This document shows, in pieces, positions 10,528 through 19,826 of a stretch of DNA of 64,000 nucleotides. The DNA comes from Alphaproteobacteria bacterium (lineage in GTDB: Bacteria > Pseudomonadota > Alphaproteobacteria > JAAXGF01), in contig CAUVXB020000001.1 in the NCBI GenBank assembly GCA_963555825.3, forward strand, positions 480,001-544,000. Reading direction: 5' to 3'. A program made the translations under genes and the position numbers. How positions within the stretch are numbered: the stretch's first letter is position 1; the number at the start of each line of letters is the position of its first letter. Under the pieces are notes generated by a model that ran no database searches, was not told where the DNA came from, and saw only the letters and a list, made by a program, of their open reading frames with translations.

Positions 10528-10729
10528 GGTCCTACGTTTCTCCAGATGACACTCGGTATCGGCCCCGATGGTAGTCGAACCGACCCGCGCTGGAAATCAT
10601 CAACCGCCCGCCCGGCCCCATGGCATGGAATTGGTCGGCCCGAGGGTGCAGCAGTCCACGTCGACCGGGCGGGCATCGAGTGGTATGCTCAAATCCTCGG
10701 ACCAATGATGGCTTGAACCGACTCTCGAG

Positions 10730-11197
10730 GTGAGCAAAATGCATCGTTCCATTGCCGCGCTTGTGTTTGGCCTTGGTCTCTTCGTCACGGCGTGCGGCAG
10801 CAGTACCGGCGATCGTACGCTGTCGGGCGCGGGGATCGGCGCCGGGATCGGCACGATTGTCGGCGCCGTTACCGGGCTTTCCCTGCTCGAAGGCGCGTTG
10901 ATCGGGGCCGCCGCCGGTGGCCTGACCGGCGCGCTGACGACCGAGGACGCGGTCAATCTTGGCGACCCGATCTGGGCATCGGACTCGGGCGACGCGAACG
11001 GCACCGCGGTCAGCCAGATCCAGGCCGGGCTGACCGAGCTGGGCTACCAACCCGGCCCGATCGACGGCACCATGGGTTCGCAGACCGGCGCGGCGATCCG
11101 CGCCTACCAGCGCGACAACAAGCTGCTTGTCGACGGCCGCCCGACCTACCAACTCGCGCAGCACATCGACGGCCAGCTCCGGGCCGCCAGCGGATAG
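10730..11197 (+). CDS. lipoprotein with a glycine zipper and a peptidoglycan-binding domain
   Basis: Lipobox VTAC, GAGIGA repeats, LGYQPGPIDG.MG..T..AIRAYQ. Confidence 0.85.
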   Translation: MSKMHRSIAALVFGLGLFVTACGSSTGDRTLSGAGIGAGIGTIVGAVTGLSLLEGALIGAAAGGLTGALTTEDAVNLGDPIWASDSGDANGTAVSQIQAGLTELGYQPGPIDGTMGSQTGAAIRAYQRDNKLLVDGRPTYQLAQHIDGQLRAASG

Positions 11198-11452
11198 CGG
11201 GATCGCCGAGACGGTTGCTCGTTTGGCGACGACAACCAGGCGTTCGGGCGAGGCCTAGGGCAAGCCGGCTCGTCGTGCTGGCGCGCGCTCGCGCGCGAAC
11301 AACAGACGTCCACTCGGCCGCTGTCGGCGAGCGGCAGACAACGGCGCGGTCGAGGCGCGGCGACGGCGCGCCACGCCAGGCTCGTGACCCGATTATCTTG
11401 ATTGAAAACAATGTGATACACTACGGAACTCGCGCTTCCTACGGGGCTCGCC

Positions 11453-12325
11453 ATGGCTTGGCGATGGCTACACCACAGCATCCTCTTTCTCACGGTGGGC
11501 TTATGGCTCGCGGGGTGCAGCAAATGCACGACGACGGAATGCCTGGATGCCCCCAATTTACCGGCAGACAAGACGGCGAGTATTCAGGGTTACGTGCCGC
11601 TTTTGCACGGCACACCGTTCGGTGAAATCGTCAAGATCGAGTATATCGACGAGAAGCTCCATAGCTCGTTGAAGTACGGTAACGAGGCGCGTGTCCTGCC
11701 CGGCATCCATAGCATTCAACTGTACAATTGCTCTTCTTGGGGGCCGGTTCTCTTCGGTGACCGTACGTGCCTGCAAGAATACAGGACGCTAATAACATTC
11801 AACTTGAAAGCCGGACATTCATACGACGCGTTCAGTGATGGTGATGGCCAGTTCTGGATCGTCGACACCGATAGTGGCGCGGTGGTCGTCGGCGAGACAC
11901 CGCCGGTCGATGTGGCGGCCTATGAGTTGTTGCCCGAGCATGAGCCCGGCGACGACGCATCCACGCTGGATCAATTTCTGCCGCTTGCCAATGAGGGCAA
12001 TGCCACCGCTCAGAACATCCTCGGCAGGTTGTACGTCACCGGCGAGGTCGTTCCGCAAGATTACGCCGAAGCGGTCAAGTGGTTTCGCCTGGCCGCCGAG
12101 CAGGGCCATCGCGGCGCCATGAAAACGCTCAGCTTCTTGTACTGGGGTGGCGAGGGCGTCGCGCGCGACTACGTCGAGGCCTACATGTGGTACAGCCTCG
12201 CCGCGACCCTGGGCAACGAGCCGACGCGCGACGCGCGCGACGTGATCGCCGGGGCGATGTCGCCCGCCCAGATCGCCGAGGCCGAACGGCTGGCGCGCGA
12301 GTGGCTGGAGGTGCACGCGGAGTGA
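11453..12325 (+). CDS. Sel1-repeat lipoprotein
   Basis: Lipobox LAGC; Sel1 motifs AQNILGRLY..G..VPQDYAEAVKWFRLAAEQG. Confidence 0.8.
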   Translation: MAWRWLHHSILFLTVGLWLAGCSKCTTTECLDAPNLPADKTASIQGYVPLLHGTPFGEIVKIEYIDEKLHSSLKYGNEARVLPGIHSIQLYNCSSWGPVLFGDRTCLQEYRTLITFNLKAGHSYDAFSDGDGQFWIVDTDSGAVVVGETPPVDVAAYELLPEHEPGDDASTLDQFLPLANEGNATAQNILGRLYVTGEVVPQDYAEAVKWFRLAAEQGHRGAMKTLSFLYWGGEGVARDYVEAYMWYSLAATLGNEPTRDARDVIAGAMSPAQIAEAERLAREWLEVHAE

Positions 12326-12494
12326 CGCTGTCTGGATGTGCGCCCCCGTATATCAGCGCATCATGCCTGCGTTGCGCGCGACAGCAGATCTTGGCGCGCG
12401 GTCATCGGCACAGCCGCTTTTACCCTACGCGGACATCGGCAACATCGCGCACTCCGTGTGCTAACGTACCCGCCACCGCTCTCATCCACCGGGA

Positions 12495-13397
12495 ATGCAG
12501 CTAAGCATGTTCACCCGTCGGACACTGGCGCTCGTGTTTGCCATCCTGTGGCCGTGGTCCTCAAGCCTGCACGCCCAGTCCGAGGCGTTGATGGAGGCCT
12601 ACCGCCAGGGCGAAACCCTCTACCATGCGGGCCAATACGAGCAAGCCATCCCGCTCTTTCGTAAGGCGCTTGAACTCGGTGAGCAGGAGTTCGGCCCTGA
12701 GCATCCCACGACGGCGGCCTTGCTGAACAGCCTGGCCCTGCCGTACGAAAAGCAGGGCCGCTACGAGGCGGCGGAGCCGCTCTACAAGCGGGCGCTGGCA
12801 GTGCGAGAGAAGGTTCTCGGGCCGGACCATCCCGATGTCGCCACGAGCCTCAACAACCTCGCCGTGCTGTACGGTGACCAGGGTCGCTACGAGGCGGCGG
12901 AGCCGCTCCACAGGCGGGCGCTGGCCATCCGGGAGAAGGCTCTCGGGCCGGAACATCCCCATGTCGCCCTAAGCCTCAACAACCTCGCCGCGCTGTACTT
13001 AGCCCGGGGCCGCTACCAGGCGGCAGAGCCGCTCTACAAGCGGGCGCTGGCGATCCGGGAGAAGGCTCTCGGGCCGGAACATCCCCATGTCGCCCTAAGC
13101 CTCAACAACCTCGCCGCGCTGTACTTAGCCCGGGGCCGCTACCAGGCGGCAGAGCCGCTCTACAAGCGGGCGCTGGCGATCCGGGAGAAGGCTCTCGGGC
13201 CGGAACATCCCGATGTCGCCGCGAGCCTCAACAGCCTGGCCCTGCTGTACAAAAGGCAGGGTCGCTACGAGGCGGCAGAGCCGCTCTACAAGCGGGCGCT
13301 GGCAGTGCGAGAGAAGGTTCTCGGGCCGGACCATCCCTCGGTCGCCCTAAGCCTCAACAACCTCGCCGTGCTGTACTACACCCAGGGTCGCTACGAG
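12495..13397 (+). pseudogene. secreted TPR-repeat protein (42-aa kinesin-light-chain-type repeats), truncated by IS256
   Basis: Signal peptide, then 126-bp tandem repeats encoding GPxHPxVAxSLNNLA. Breaks mid-repeat at the IS256 end (13398). Confidence 0.85.
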
Positions 13398-13415
13398 GAG
13401 CTATAACCGAATCTT

Positions 13416-15216
13416 GACGGGGCGGTAAAAAGTCGATTCCTCATGAGAGTCGGCTGGATTATAATTGTGCATGTTTACTTTACGCGACCGACGGACTGGG
13501 GAATTGTTTGATCGCTGGTCCGATTTCGGGGACAAACGTCGGCGCCTGATGGAGCAATCCTGGGCCGGGGTTTTTCGGAACCATCTGCTTGTCGAACTTC
13601 CGGTTGACGATCTTTGCCGTCACCTTGATGAACGCATGGGCCGACCATCGAAGGATCTACACGTTGTCATCGGGGTCTTGCTTTTGCAGCAGCTGCACGA
13701 TCTGAGCGATGCAGAGACCGTCGAGGCCCTGGCCTTCAATATGGCGTGGCACTATGCCTTGGACGTGCGCAGCGAAGCGGACAGCTATTTCTGTGAGAAA
13801 ACCCTGCGCAACTATCGCCGTCTGTTTATCGAACAAGGTCTCGATGAATTGCTGTTCCGGTGTTTGACGGATCGGCTGGTGCAGGGGTTCTCTGTCGATA
13901 CCAGCCACCAACGCATGGATTCGACGGCCCTTCGTTCGGCAATGCGGGCGCTGACACGACTTGGTATCGTTGTTGAGAGCATCTCGAAGTTTGCCCGTGA
14001 GCTTGAGCGATATCATCCCGGTCTGCACGAGCAGATCAGCAAGGAGGTGATCCGCCGCTATGTCGATCGCGAGGGTAATGGCGCGTTCGCGAATACGGCG
14101 CCGAGTGTTTCAAAACGGCGCCTCGGCGAAGCGGGTCAGTATCTCCTAGCCCTGGTGCTGCAATTCCGTGACACGGCGGCGGCAAAGCTTTCCAGTTTTG
14201 CGATCCTGGAGAGGGTTCTGCGCGATCAGTTCGAGATCGTTGATGATGAGTATGGCGATCGTGACGCAACGCGCGCCGCGATTCGAGATCCAAAGGATGT
14301 GCCGTGCGATACCGTCGGCAATCCGGCCGACCCGGACGCGAGCTACAACGCGCACAAGGGTCAAGGATACATGGCGCAGATCGTCGAAACCTATTGTGAA
14401 GATGTCAGTAACGAGGCGGTTGCCGCGACACCGGACCTCATCACCCACGTGGAGGTCCACAAGATGACGGTGCATGACGGCCATCGCTTAGCCGATGCGC
14501 TGGATGATCTGAGCGAGCGCGCGCTGACGCCGGCGGTGATGCTGGGTGATTCACATTACGGTTCCAGTGACAACATGGCTCTGACGCGCGAACAGAACAT
14601 CAATCTCGTGGCGCCCGCACGACCGCCGAAAGGCGCCGTCTCGGGACGGTTGACGTTGGAGGATTTCACTCTCAACGAAGAAGGCTTGGTCTTGCGCTGT
14701 CCCAATAACGTCGAACCGGTTTCAGCCTCGCTCGCCAAAGCCAAGCTGCAGGCCCGTTTCGACCTCTCCATCTGCCAAAAATGTCCCGATATACTGCGAT
14801 GTCCCGTGCAGGCGGCCAAGCGTGACGGCCAATTTTCCCGCTTTCAATATACCCCGGCCAGGGCTGCCAACCAAAAGCGCCGGCTTTATGAACAAAGCGA
14901 TGCCTTCCGCAACGTCTACAGATGGCGGGCCGGCATAGAAGCGACCATGTCGCGATTAAAGTACCAGATGAACCTGGCTCACCTACGCATTCGCGGCATG
15001 CCGGCCATGCGCTACGTGGTCAATCTGCGTGCCCTCGGCCTCAATATCCGACGCTGCGCGGCAATCGCACCATAAAAAACGAAGCCAAGGAGAAGCCAAG
15101 GGTAGGTAATATCAGGTTTTATCCACCAGCAACGCGGAGACAGGCAAATATTCTTCACCGAACCGCAAAGACCTGTACAAGCACGCCATCGGCCAACAAC
15201 TTTTTATCGCCCCGTC
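13416..15216 (+). mobile_element. IS1182-like element, copy 1 (intact, 1801 bp)
   Basis: TIRs GACGGGGCGGTAAAAAGT / ACTTTTTATCGCCCCGTC; 7-bp TSD GAATCTT at 13409-13415 and 15217-15223. Confidence 0.9.
13471..15075 (+). CDS. IS1182/IS5-like DDE transposase
   Basis: DUF772-like GRPS..LLLQQLHDLSD, MDST, GDSHYGS, Cys cluster, YRWRAGIEATMS. Confidence 0.88.
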   Translation: MFTLRDRRTGELFDRWSDFGDKRRRLMEQSWAGVFRNHLLVELPVDDLCRHLDERMGRPSKDLHVVIGVLLLQQLHDLSDAETVEALAFNMAWHYALDVRSEADSYFCEKTLRNYRRLFIEQGLDELLFRCLTDRLVQGFSVDTSHQRMDSTALRSAMRALTRLGIVVESISKFARELERYHPGLHEQISKEVIRRYVDREGNGAFANTAPSVSKRRLGEAGQYLLALVLQFRDTAAAKLSSFAILERVLRDQFEIVDDEYGDRDATRAAIRDPKDVPCDTVGNPADPDASYNAHKGQGYMAQIVETYCEDVSNEAVAATPDLITHVEVHKMTVHDGHRLADALDDLSERALTPAVMLGDSHYGSSDNMALTREQNINLVAPARPPKGAVSGRLTLEDFTLNEEGLVLRCPNNVEPVSASLAKAKLQARFDLSICQKCPDILRCPVQAAKRDGQFSRFQYTPARAANQKRRLYEQSDAFRNVYRWRAGIEATMSRLKYQMNLAHLRIRGMPAMRYVVNLRALGLNIRRCAAIAP

Positions 15217-15304
15217 GAATCTTGTGTACGGCGTTGAAATGAAGGCGGCGTATCCTGGTGATTGTTGATGTCACCACTTGAGCTAAGCCAAGGAAGGATA
15301 CGCC

Positions 15305-16549
15305 ATGAAAGAGAATACCGTTGTTGCTTTTCAAAACCCATCTGATTTTCAGAAAGATCCGTTGACGGAAGTCCTACAAGCTGGAGCTCGCGAGTTGTTG
15401 GCCCAAGCCGTTGAGGCCGAGGTCTCCGTGTTTTTGGGTAGCCATGCGGCGCTTGTTGACGCCGCCGGCCGCCGCCGGGTTGTCCGCAATGGATATCTGC
15501 CGGAACGCTTCATCCAGACCGGGATCGGCCCGGTGAGCGTGCGCCAACCCCGTGTGCGGGACCGGGGGGACGGCGCCATCCGCTTCACGTCGGCGATCCT
15601 GCCGCGCTATCTGCGCCGCGCCAAGAGCCTGGAAGACCTTTTGCCATGGCTGTATCTGAAGGGCATTTCCACCGGCGACTTCGGGGAAGCCTTGGCGGCG
15701 CTCCTGGGGAGCTCCGCGCCGGGGCTTTCGGCCTCCACGATCACCCGGCTGAAAGAGGTCTGGGGGGTTGAGGCGGAGCGCTGGCAACGGCGCGACCTCA
15801 CGGCCAAGCGCTACGTCTATTTCTGGGTGGACGGCATCTATTTCAGCGCCCGCATGGAGGAAGAGAAGCAGTGCATCCTGGTGATCGTCGGGGCCACGGA
15901 CAAGGGACAGAAGGAACTGATCGCCATCGCCGACGGCTATCGCGAAAGTGAGCAGTCCTGGCTCGAAGTTCTGCTCGATCTCAAGCGGCGCGGCCTTGAA
16001 ATGGGTCCGCAACTGGCGCTCGGCGACGGCGCGCTCGGCTTCTGGAAGGCGCTCCGCCAAGTCTACCCAGGCGCCCGCGAGCAACGCTGCTGGGTTCACA
16101 AGACGGGCAACGTCTTGAACAAGCTGCCCAAGGGTCTGCAAAAGAAAGCCAAGGGGCGCCTGCAAGACATCTGGATGGCCGAAACCAGGAAGGATGCCGA
16201 GAGCGCCTTCGACTTCTTCCTGGAAGCCTACGGGCCGAAGTACGACAAGGCCGCGGCCTGCCTGGCCAAGGACCGCGACGTCCTGCTGACGTTCTACGAC
16301 TTCCCCGCCGAGCACTGGAAGCATGTACGCACGACCAACCCCATCGAGAGCACGTTCGCCACGGTTCGTCTGCGCACCTACCGGACCAAGGGCTGCCTGT
16401 CGCGCAAGACGGCGATGGCCATGGTCTTCAAACTATGCCAGTGCGCTCAGAGAAAATGGAGAAAACTCGATGGATCGAACCATCTCGCCGAGATCATTCG
16501 CGGCGTCAAATTCGTAGATGGAGAACGCCAGGATCGCGCCGCCGCATGA
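15305..16549 (+). CDS. IS256-family (Mutator-like) transposase
   Basis: VRNGYLPER, LYLKGISTGDF, WVDG, GDGALGFW, QRCWVHK, RTTNPIES. Confidence 0.95.
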   Translation: MKENTVVAFQNPSDFQKDPLTEVLQAGARELLAQAVEAEVSVFLGSHAALVDAAGRRRVVRNGYLPERFIQTGIGPVSVRQPRVRDRGDGAIRFTSAILPRYLRRAKSLEDLLPWLYLKGISTGDFGEALAALLGSSAPGLSASTITRLKEVWGVEAERWQRRDLTAKRYVYFWVDGIYFSARMEEEKQCILVIVGATDKGQKELIAIADGYRESEQSWLEVLLDLKRRGLEMGPQLALGDGALGFWKALRQVYPGAREQRCWVHKTGNVLNKLPKGLQKKAKGRLQDIWMAETRKDAESAFDFFLEAYGPKYDKAAACLAKDRDVLLTFYDFPAEHWKHVRTTNPIESTFATVRLRTYRTKGCLSRKTAMAMVFKLCQCAQRKWRKLDGSNHLAEIIRGVKFVDGERQDRAAA

Positions 16550-16569
16550 TCAGCCCATACACAACTTTT

Positions 16570-18100
16570 GACGGGGCGGTAAAAAGTTGTTGGCCGATGG
16601 CGTGCTTGTACAGGTCTTTGCGGTTCGGTGAAGAATATTTGCCTGTCTCCGCGTTGCTGGTGGATAAAACCTGATATTACCTACCCTTGGCTTCTCCTTG
16701 GCTTCGTTTTTTATGGTGCGATTGCCGCGCAGCGTCGGATATTGAGGCCGAGGGCACGCAGATTGACCACGTAGCGCATGGCCGGCATGCCGCGAATGCG
16801 TAGGTGAGCCAGGTTCATCTGGTACTTTAATCGCGACATGGTCGCTTCTATGCCGGCCCGCCATCTGTAGACGTTGCGGAAGGCATCGCTTTGTTCATAA
16901 AGCCGGCGCTTTTGGTTGGCAGCCCTGGCCGGGGTATATTGAAAGCGGGAAAATTGGCCGTCACGCTTGGCCGCCTGCACGGGACATCGCAGTATATCGG
17001 GACATTTTTGGCAGATGGAGAGGTCGAAACGGGCCTGCAGCTTGGCTTTGGCGAGCGAGGCTGAAACCGGTTCGACGTTATTGGGACAGCGCAAGACCAA
17101 GCCTTCTTCGTTGAGAGTGAAATCCTCCAACGTCAACCGTCCCGAGACGGCGCCTTTCGGCGGTCGTGCGGGCGCCACGAGATTGATGTTCTGTTCGCGC
17201 GTCAGAGCCATGTTGTCACTGGAACCGTAATGTGAATCACCCAGCATCACCGCCGGCGTCAGCGCGCGCTCGCTCAGATCATCCAGCGCATCGGCTAAGC
17301 GATGGCCGTCATGCACCGTCATCTTGTGGACCTCCACGTGGGTGATGAGGTCCGGTGTCGCGGCAACCGCCTCGTTACTGACATCTTCACAATAGGTTTC
17401 GACGATCTGCGCCATGTATCCTTGACCCTTGTGCGCGTTGTAGCTCGCGTCCGGGTCGGCCGGATTGCCGACGGTATCGCACGGCACATCCTTTGGATCT
17501 CGAATCGCGGCGCGCGTTGCGTCACGATCGCCATACTCATCATCAACGATCTCGAACTGATCGCGCAGAACCCTCTCCAGGATCGCAAAACTGAAAAGCT
17601 TTGCCGCCGCCGTGTCACGGAATTGCAGCACCAGGGCTAGGAGATACTGACCCGCTTCGCCGAGGCGCCGTTTTGAAACACTCGGCGCCGTATTCGCGAA
17701 CGCGCCATTACCCTCGCGATCGACATAGCGGCGGATCACCTCCTTGCTGATCTGCTCGTGCAGACCGGGATGATATCGCTCAAGCTCACGGGCAAACTTC
17801 GAGATGCTCTCAACAACGATACCAAGTCGTGTCAGCGCCCGCATTGCCGAACGAAGGGCCGTCGAATCCATGCGTTGGTGGCTGGTATCGACAGAGAACC
17901 CCTGCACCAGCCGATCCGTCAAACACCGGAACAGCAATTCATCGAGACCTTGTTCGATAAACAGACGGCGATAGTTGCGCAGGGTTTTCTCACAGAAATA
18001 GCTGTCCGCTTCGCTGCGCACGTCCAAGGCATAGTGCCACGCCATATTGAAGGCCAGGGCCTCGACGGTCTCTGCATCGCTCAGATCGTGCAGCTGCTGC
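16570..18100 (-). mobile_element. IS1182-like element, copy 2, 5' part lost at an IS3-like insertion
   Basis: Near-identical reverse complement of copy 1; preceded by AACTTTT of the IS256 IRR. Confidence 0.9.
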
Positions 18101-18166
18101 TGAGTCGGACCCGATTTCCTTGGACACAGAATTGGCTTAATCGAAGTGTCCAAGGAGGACCGGAAC

Positions 18167-18577
18167 ATGACCGACAATTTTGAGAACAAAGTTGCTGTTG
18201 ATGGGCCTGTGGTAAACGAGGGCGAGCTTGGCTCGTCCACGTTTTCCCCGGGCCAGGTTTCGCCGGCAGGCCCTCTGGGACTTGGCCAGCGGTGGACGGT
18301 GACGCGCAAGCGTGAGGTTGCCCTGCGGCTTTTGCGTGGCGAGCCGGTGGAACTTTTGTCGCGGCAGTTGGGCGTGGAGATTTTCCGGCTCGAGCAGTGG
18401 CGTGAGAAGGCGATCGCCGGGATCGATGCCTCGCTCAAGGAACGCAAGGGCGATCCGGTGAAGGCGGAACTGGACATCGCCATGAAGCGGATCGGGGAGT
18501 TGATCATGCAGGTGGAACTGCTGGAGGCCAAGACGGAGACGTCCGGCCCTTTGGGGCGGCGGAGGTCGCGGCGATGA
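18167..18577 (+). CDS. IS3-like OrfA (HTH plus coiled coil)
   Basis: RBS AAGGAGG; RKREVALRLLRGE..LSRQLGV. ATGA overlap with orfB. Confidence 0.8.
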   Translation: MTDNFENKVAVDGPVVNEGELGSSTFSPGQVSPAGPLGLGQRWTVTRKREVALRLLRGEPVELLSRQLGVEIFRLEQWREKAIAGIDASLKERKGDPVKAELDIAMKRIGELIMQVELLEAKTETSGPLGRRRSRR

Positions 18578-19485
18578 GTGCCGCCACCTCTCCCGGCACG
18601 GGTTTGGCCTACGGCCTCCAGCGGGTCTGTGCGGCCTGGGGTTTTGCCCGTTCCTCGTTCTACGCCATGAAATCCCGGCAGCAGGCCACCGCTGAGCGCC
18701 CACCAGCAAAGCGCCGGGGACCGAAGCCCTCGATCTCGGACGAGGCTCTGCTGGTGGCCATCGAGGCCGACCTGGAGGCATCCCCCTGGGAGGGCGAGGG
18801 ACACCGCAAGGTCTGGGCTCGGCTTCGGGTCTGTCGTGGCATCCGTGTTTCCCGCAAGCGGGGGCTCCGGGTGATGCGCGAGAACAACCTGCTCTCGCCC
18901 CATCGCTGCCGCCGCCGTGGCGGAAATCCCCATGTCGGTGAGATCATCACCCATGCCCCCAACCTCATGTGGGGCACGGACGGCGTTCGGGTGTTCACGG
19001 TGGACGACGGCTGGGGCTGGATATTCACCGCCATCGAGCATTGGAACGCCGAGTGCGTCGGCTGGCATGTGTGCAAGCGAGGCGACCGCTTCGCCGCCCT
19101 TCAGCCGATCTCCATGGGGCTTGCGAGGCTGTATGCCTCGACCTCCGCCGGTGCGGCGCGGGGGCTGGCCTTGCGGATGGATCACGGCTCCCAGTATCTG
19201 TCGGACCACTTCACCAACCAGATCAAGTTCTGGGGCATCCAGCCGTCCTACGCCTTCGTCGAACAGCCCCAGACCAACGGCGTCGCCGAGAGGTTCAATC
19301 GCACGCTCAAGGAACAGATCATCCATGGCCGCATCTACCGCAACATCGCGGAGCTGCGGAACGCCGTCCGCGGGTTCGTCGAACAGTACAATGCCCAGTG
19401 GATCGTGGAGAAGAACGGCTACCTGAGCCCCGCTCAAGCTCGTCAGGCGTGGCACACCGCGATGTCACTCAGGCCCGCCGCATGA
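18574..19485 (+). CDS. IS3-like OrfB integrase-core (rve) transposase
   Basis: WGTDG, MDHGSQY, NGVAERFNRTLKE. Confidence 0.9.
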   Translation: MSAATSPGTGLAYGLQRVCAAWGFARSSFYAMKSRQQATAERPPAKRRGPKPSISDEALLVAIEADLEASPWEGEGHRKVWARLRVCRGIRVSRKRGLRVMRENNLLSPHRCRRRGGNPHVGEIITHAPNLMWGTDGVRVFTVDDGWGWIFTAIEHWNAECVGWHVCKRGDRFAALQPISMGLARLYASTSAGAARGLALRMDHGSQYLSDHFTNQIKFWGIQPSYAFVEQPQTNGVAERFNRTLKEQIIHGRIYRNIAELRNAVRGFVEQYNAQWIVEKNGYLSPAQARQAWHTAMSLRPAA

Positions 19486-19568
19486 GACAAACTTGTGTCC
19501 AAGGAACCGGGTGCGATACAATTGTCTGCTCAGCCCTAGAATCCAGACGTTGGCGACTCAAGCACACG

Positions 19569-19826
19569 GCGTCCGCTTTCGAGCAGAAAGCCGACATGGA
19601 ACGTCTTGTCCCGCGATTCAGTGTCTCTAAGGTCTGCTAACGAGCGGGAAGCGGACGTTGCCGCTCAGCCTCACAAGCAGACCTCAAGCGATCTCGTCGC
19701 CGACGTCCGCTTCGGAGCGGTAAGCAGACGTAAATCGCGCACCTTCCGAAATTGGCGGCAGGTACGTCTGCTTCCGAGCAGAAAGCGGACCTCGCGGCGT
19801 GGGCCGCCTAATGTCTGCAAATAGCC
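19569..19826. repeat. cluster of REP-like palindromes GTCYGCT-N11-AGCRGAC
   Basis: Units at about 19571-19595, 19632-19656, 19703-19731 and 19764-19792, plus one split by IS1182 (19810-19826 + 21511-21527). Confidence 0.75.

Larger units (their letters stand above)
13398..16569 (+). mobile_element. IS256-family element with both terminal IRs interrupted
   Basis: IRL GAGCTATAACCGAATCTT|GTGTA is split by the 13416-15216 element. IRR TACACAACTTTT is cut at 16569; its missing tip GACAATAGCTC is seen at 49104-49114. Confidence 0.85.
18101..19520 (+). mobile_element. IS3-like element, copy A (1420 bp)
   Basis: TG...CA ends; IRs TGAGTCGGACCCGATTTCCTTGGACACA / TGTATCGCACCCGGTTCCTTGGACACA. No TSD at this copy. 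Confidence 0.88.

Noticed and set aside
15076-15216. Guide RNA in the 3' non-coding end of the IS256-targeting element
   Set aside because: Only matches of about 6 nt (ACCGAA, TGTAC) to the IS256 IR were found, which is chance level.
16711-19455. 914-aa ORF on the minus strand (also the 554-aa ORF at 46003-47667)
   Set aside because: Chance read-through from the IS3-like element into the broken IS1182-like transposase; the junctions coincide with IS ends.
19569-19826. Possible CRISPR array
   Set aside because: Repeats are degenerate palindromes with variable loops and irregular spacing, and no cas genes are present.
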